A DNA stretch of 63,904 bases from a virus (Duplodnaviria; Heunggongvirae; Uroviricota; Caudoviricetes; Ackermannviridae), in IMG/VR virus record IMGVR_UViG_2974516482_000001, positions 95,225-159,128 of that record, one strand, 5' to 3'. The notes below the pieces were generated by a model, which was not told the origin of the DNA, made no database searches, and saw only the letters and a program-made list of their open reading frames with translations. How positions within the stretch are numbered: position 1 is the stretch's first letter; each line of letters begins with the position of its first letter. Positions 63,244 through 63,904 of the stretch are shown piece after piece. The position numbers and the translations under genes were made by a program.

Positions 63244-63351
63244 TGGTGGGCGTTACTTTCGTCGGGTTCAGATTCCGTTCGGCTATTGGACGTCGCTCGA
63301 GAGAACTTGTCGTTCGCGTACTTCGTGCTTACTTGCTTTCGTTTCACACCC
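63244..63351 (-). ncRNA. CCA-ended ncRNA (108 nt)
   Basis: GGGUGU/ACGCCC-ACCA acceptor-like stem. Confidence 0.55.
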
Positions 63352-63357
63352 ATTGTC

Positions 63358-63433
63358 TGGCGACGATGGCAGGACTTGAACCTGCGACATACGGTTTAAC
63401 AGACCGCCGTTCTACCGACTGAACTACATCGTC
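63358..63433 (-). tRNA. trnN: tRNA-Asn(GTT)
   Basis: Canonical cloverleaf, CUGUUAA loop and CCA. Confidence 0.95.
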
Positions 63434-63442
63434 TTGCAAATC

Positions 63443-63467
63443 ACTATACCATATAAAGTTTATTGAA
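63443..63467 (-). promoter_or_regulatory. TTCAAT-N13-TATAGT promoter inside the tRNA cluster
   Basis: Directly upstream of tRNA-Asn. Confidence 0.6.
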
Positions 63468-63495
63468 CAAACATTTATTTTACAACAAACTGTAT

Positions 63496-63598
63496 TGGCG
63501 GGGTCTGAGGCTTTTCACCTCACCTGCTGGGTTTGGCCGCCCAGCCGTTCTCTATGAGGATTCACTGTCCGGACAGCTATCCATTAAACTATCGCCCC
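63496..63598 (-). ncRNA. Degenerate tRNA-like RNA (103 nt) with CCA
   Basis: 5' GGGGCGAUAGUUUAAUGG, long variable-arm hairpin, UGAGG-UGAAAAG-CCUCA and ...CCCCGCCA. Confidence 0.5.
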
Positions 63599-63604
63599 TT
63601 AATA

Positions 63605-63681
63605 TGGTGATCCTGATTGGGTTTGAACCAATGACCAATGAATTATGAGTTCACTGCTCTAACCGACTGAGCTACAGGACC
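63605..63681 (-). tRNA. tRNA-Met/Ile2 (CAT)
   Basis: Canonical cloverleaf, CUCAUAA loop and CCA. Met versus lysidine-Ile cannot be resolved by eye. Confidence 0.92.
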
Positions 63682-63689
63682 AAATTATT

Positions 63690-63894
63690 GTGTACCAACC
63701 AAGGACTGTCAACCCTTTATCCCGTTTGTGCATGATCAGTTCATGCATGCCTGTTTGTGCGCCTCACGGCAACGCGCTTCTGTGGGTCTTTGGCTTGCAC
63801 CGTAGCCTCACCACAGGCGTTTATTTTTCCAGGGCTTTCCACTTGCAAGTCTTGACCATATAGGGATACGGGCTTGCAAGATCGGGTTGGACAC
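63690..63894 (-). ncRNA. Structured ncRNA (about 205 nt)
   Basis: Closing helix GUGUCCAACC/GGUUGGUACAC with multiple internal hairpins. Confidence 0.5.
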
Positions 63895-63904
63895 AACTTT
63901 GATG

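Noticed and set aside
62606-63648. ORF-track proteins across the tRNA cluster
   Set aside because: They overlap tRNAs and structured RNAs, lack an RBS and have no protein-like features.
1-63904. CRISPR array, rRNA, IS element or integrase
   Set aside because: No regularly spaced repeats, rRNA-like sequence or transposase/integrase motifs were seen.
62449-63904. Amber suppressor tRNA explaining the TAG in the HNH gene at 33164
   Set aside because: The anticodons seen are GCT, GTT, CAT and a GAT-like loop; none is CTA within this window.

Overview
A 64-kb segment of a lytic T4-superfamily myophage genome, most consistent with Ackermannviridae (Vi1/CBA120-like, probably Kuttervirus). The assignment rests on gene order and content: gp33-gp32-gp54-gp2, a dUMP hydroxymethylase/dNMP kinase/dUTPase cassette, uvsX-41, ligase-59, tape measure-27-53-48-4, cd, topoisomerase 39/52, Ig-like head protein, rIIAB, an aGPT-Pplase-type amino-acid:DNA transferase, a PLP enzyme, gp43 and a tRNA cluster. 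All product calls are from motif recognition and synteny; no database search was run. Most notable observations: (1) The DNA polymerase gene is in three pieces. A textbook group IA intron with an HNH ORF occupies 54344-55526. A second, antisense free-standing HNH gene with no intron core appears to split gp43 into two separately translated subunits at the fingers tip. (2) The tRNA cluster holds three canonical tRNAs interleaved with at least seven non-canonical structured or tRNA-like RNAs, several ending in CCA. (3) TTCAAT-N14-TATAAT-type promoters repeatedly have their -10 box inside an inverted repeat. (4) A late-expressed ADP-ribosyltransferase-like protein carries a T4-like capsid-targeting N-terminus, and macrodomain and NADAR-like proteins occur elsewhere in the window. 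(5) There are apparent lesions: a frameshifted rIIA, an amber-interrupted HNH gene and an HNH remnant fused to a small membrane ORF.
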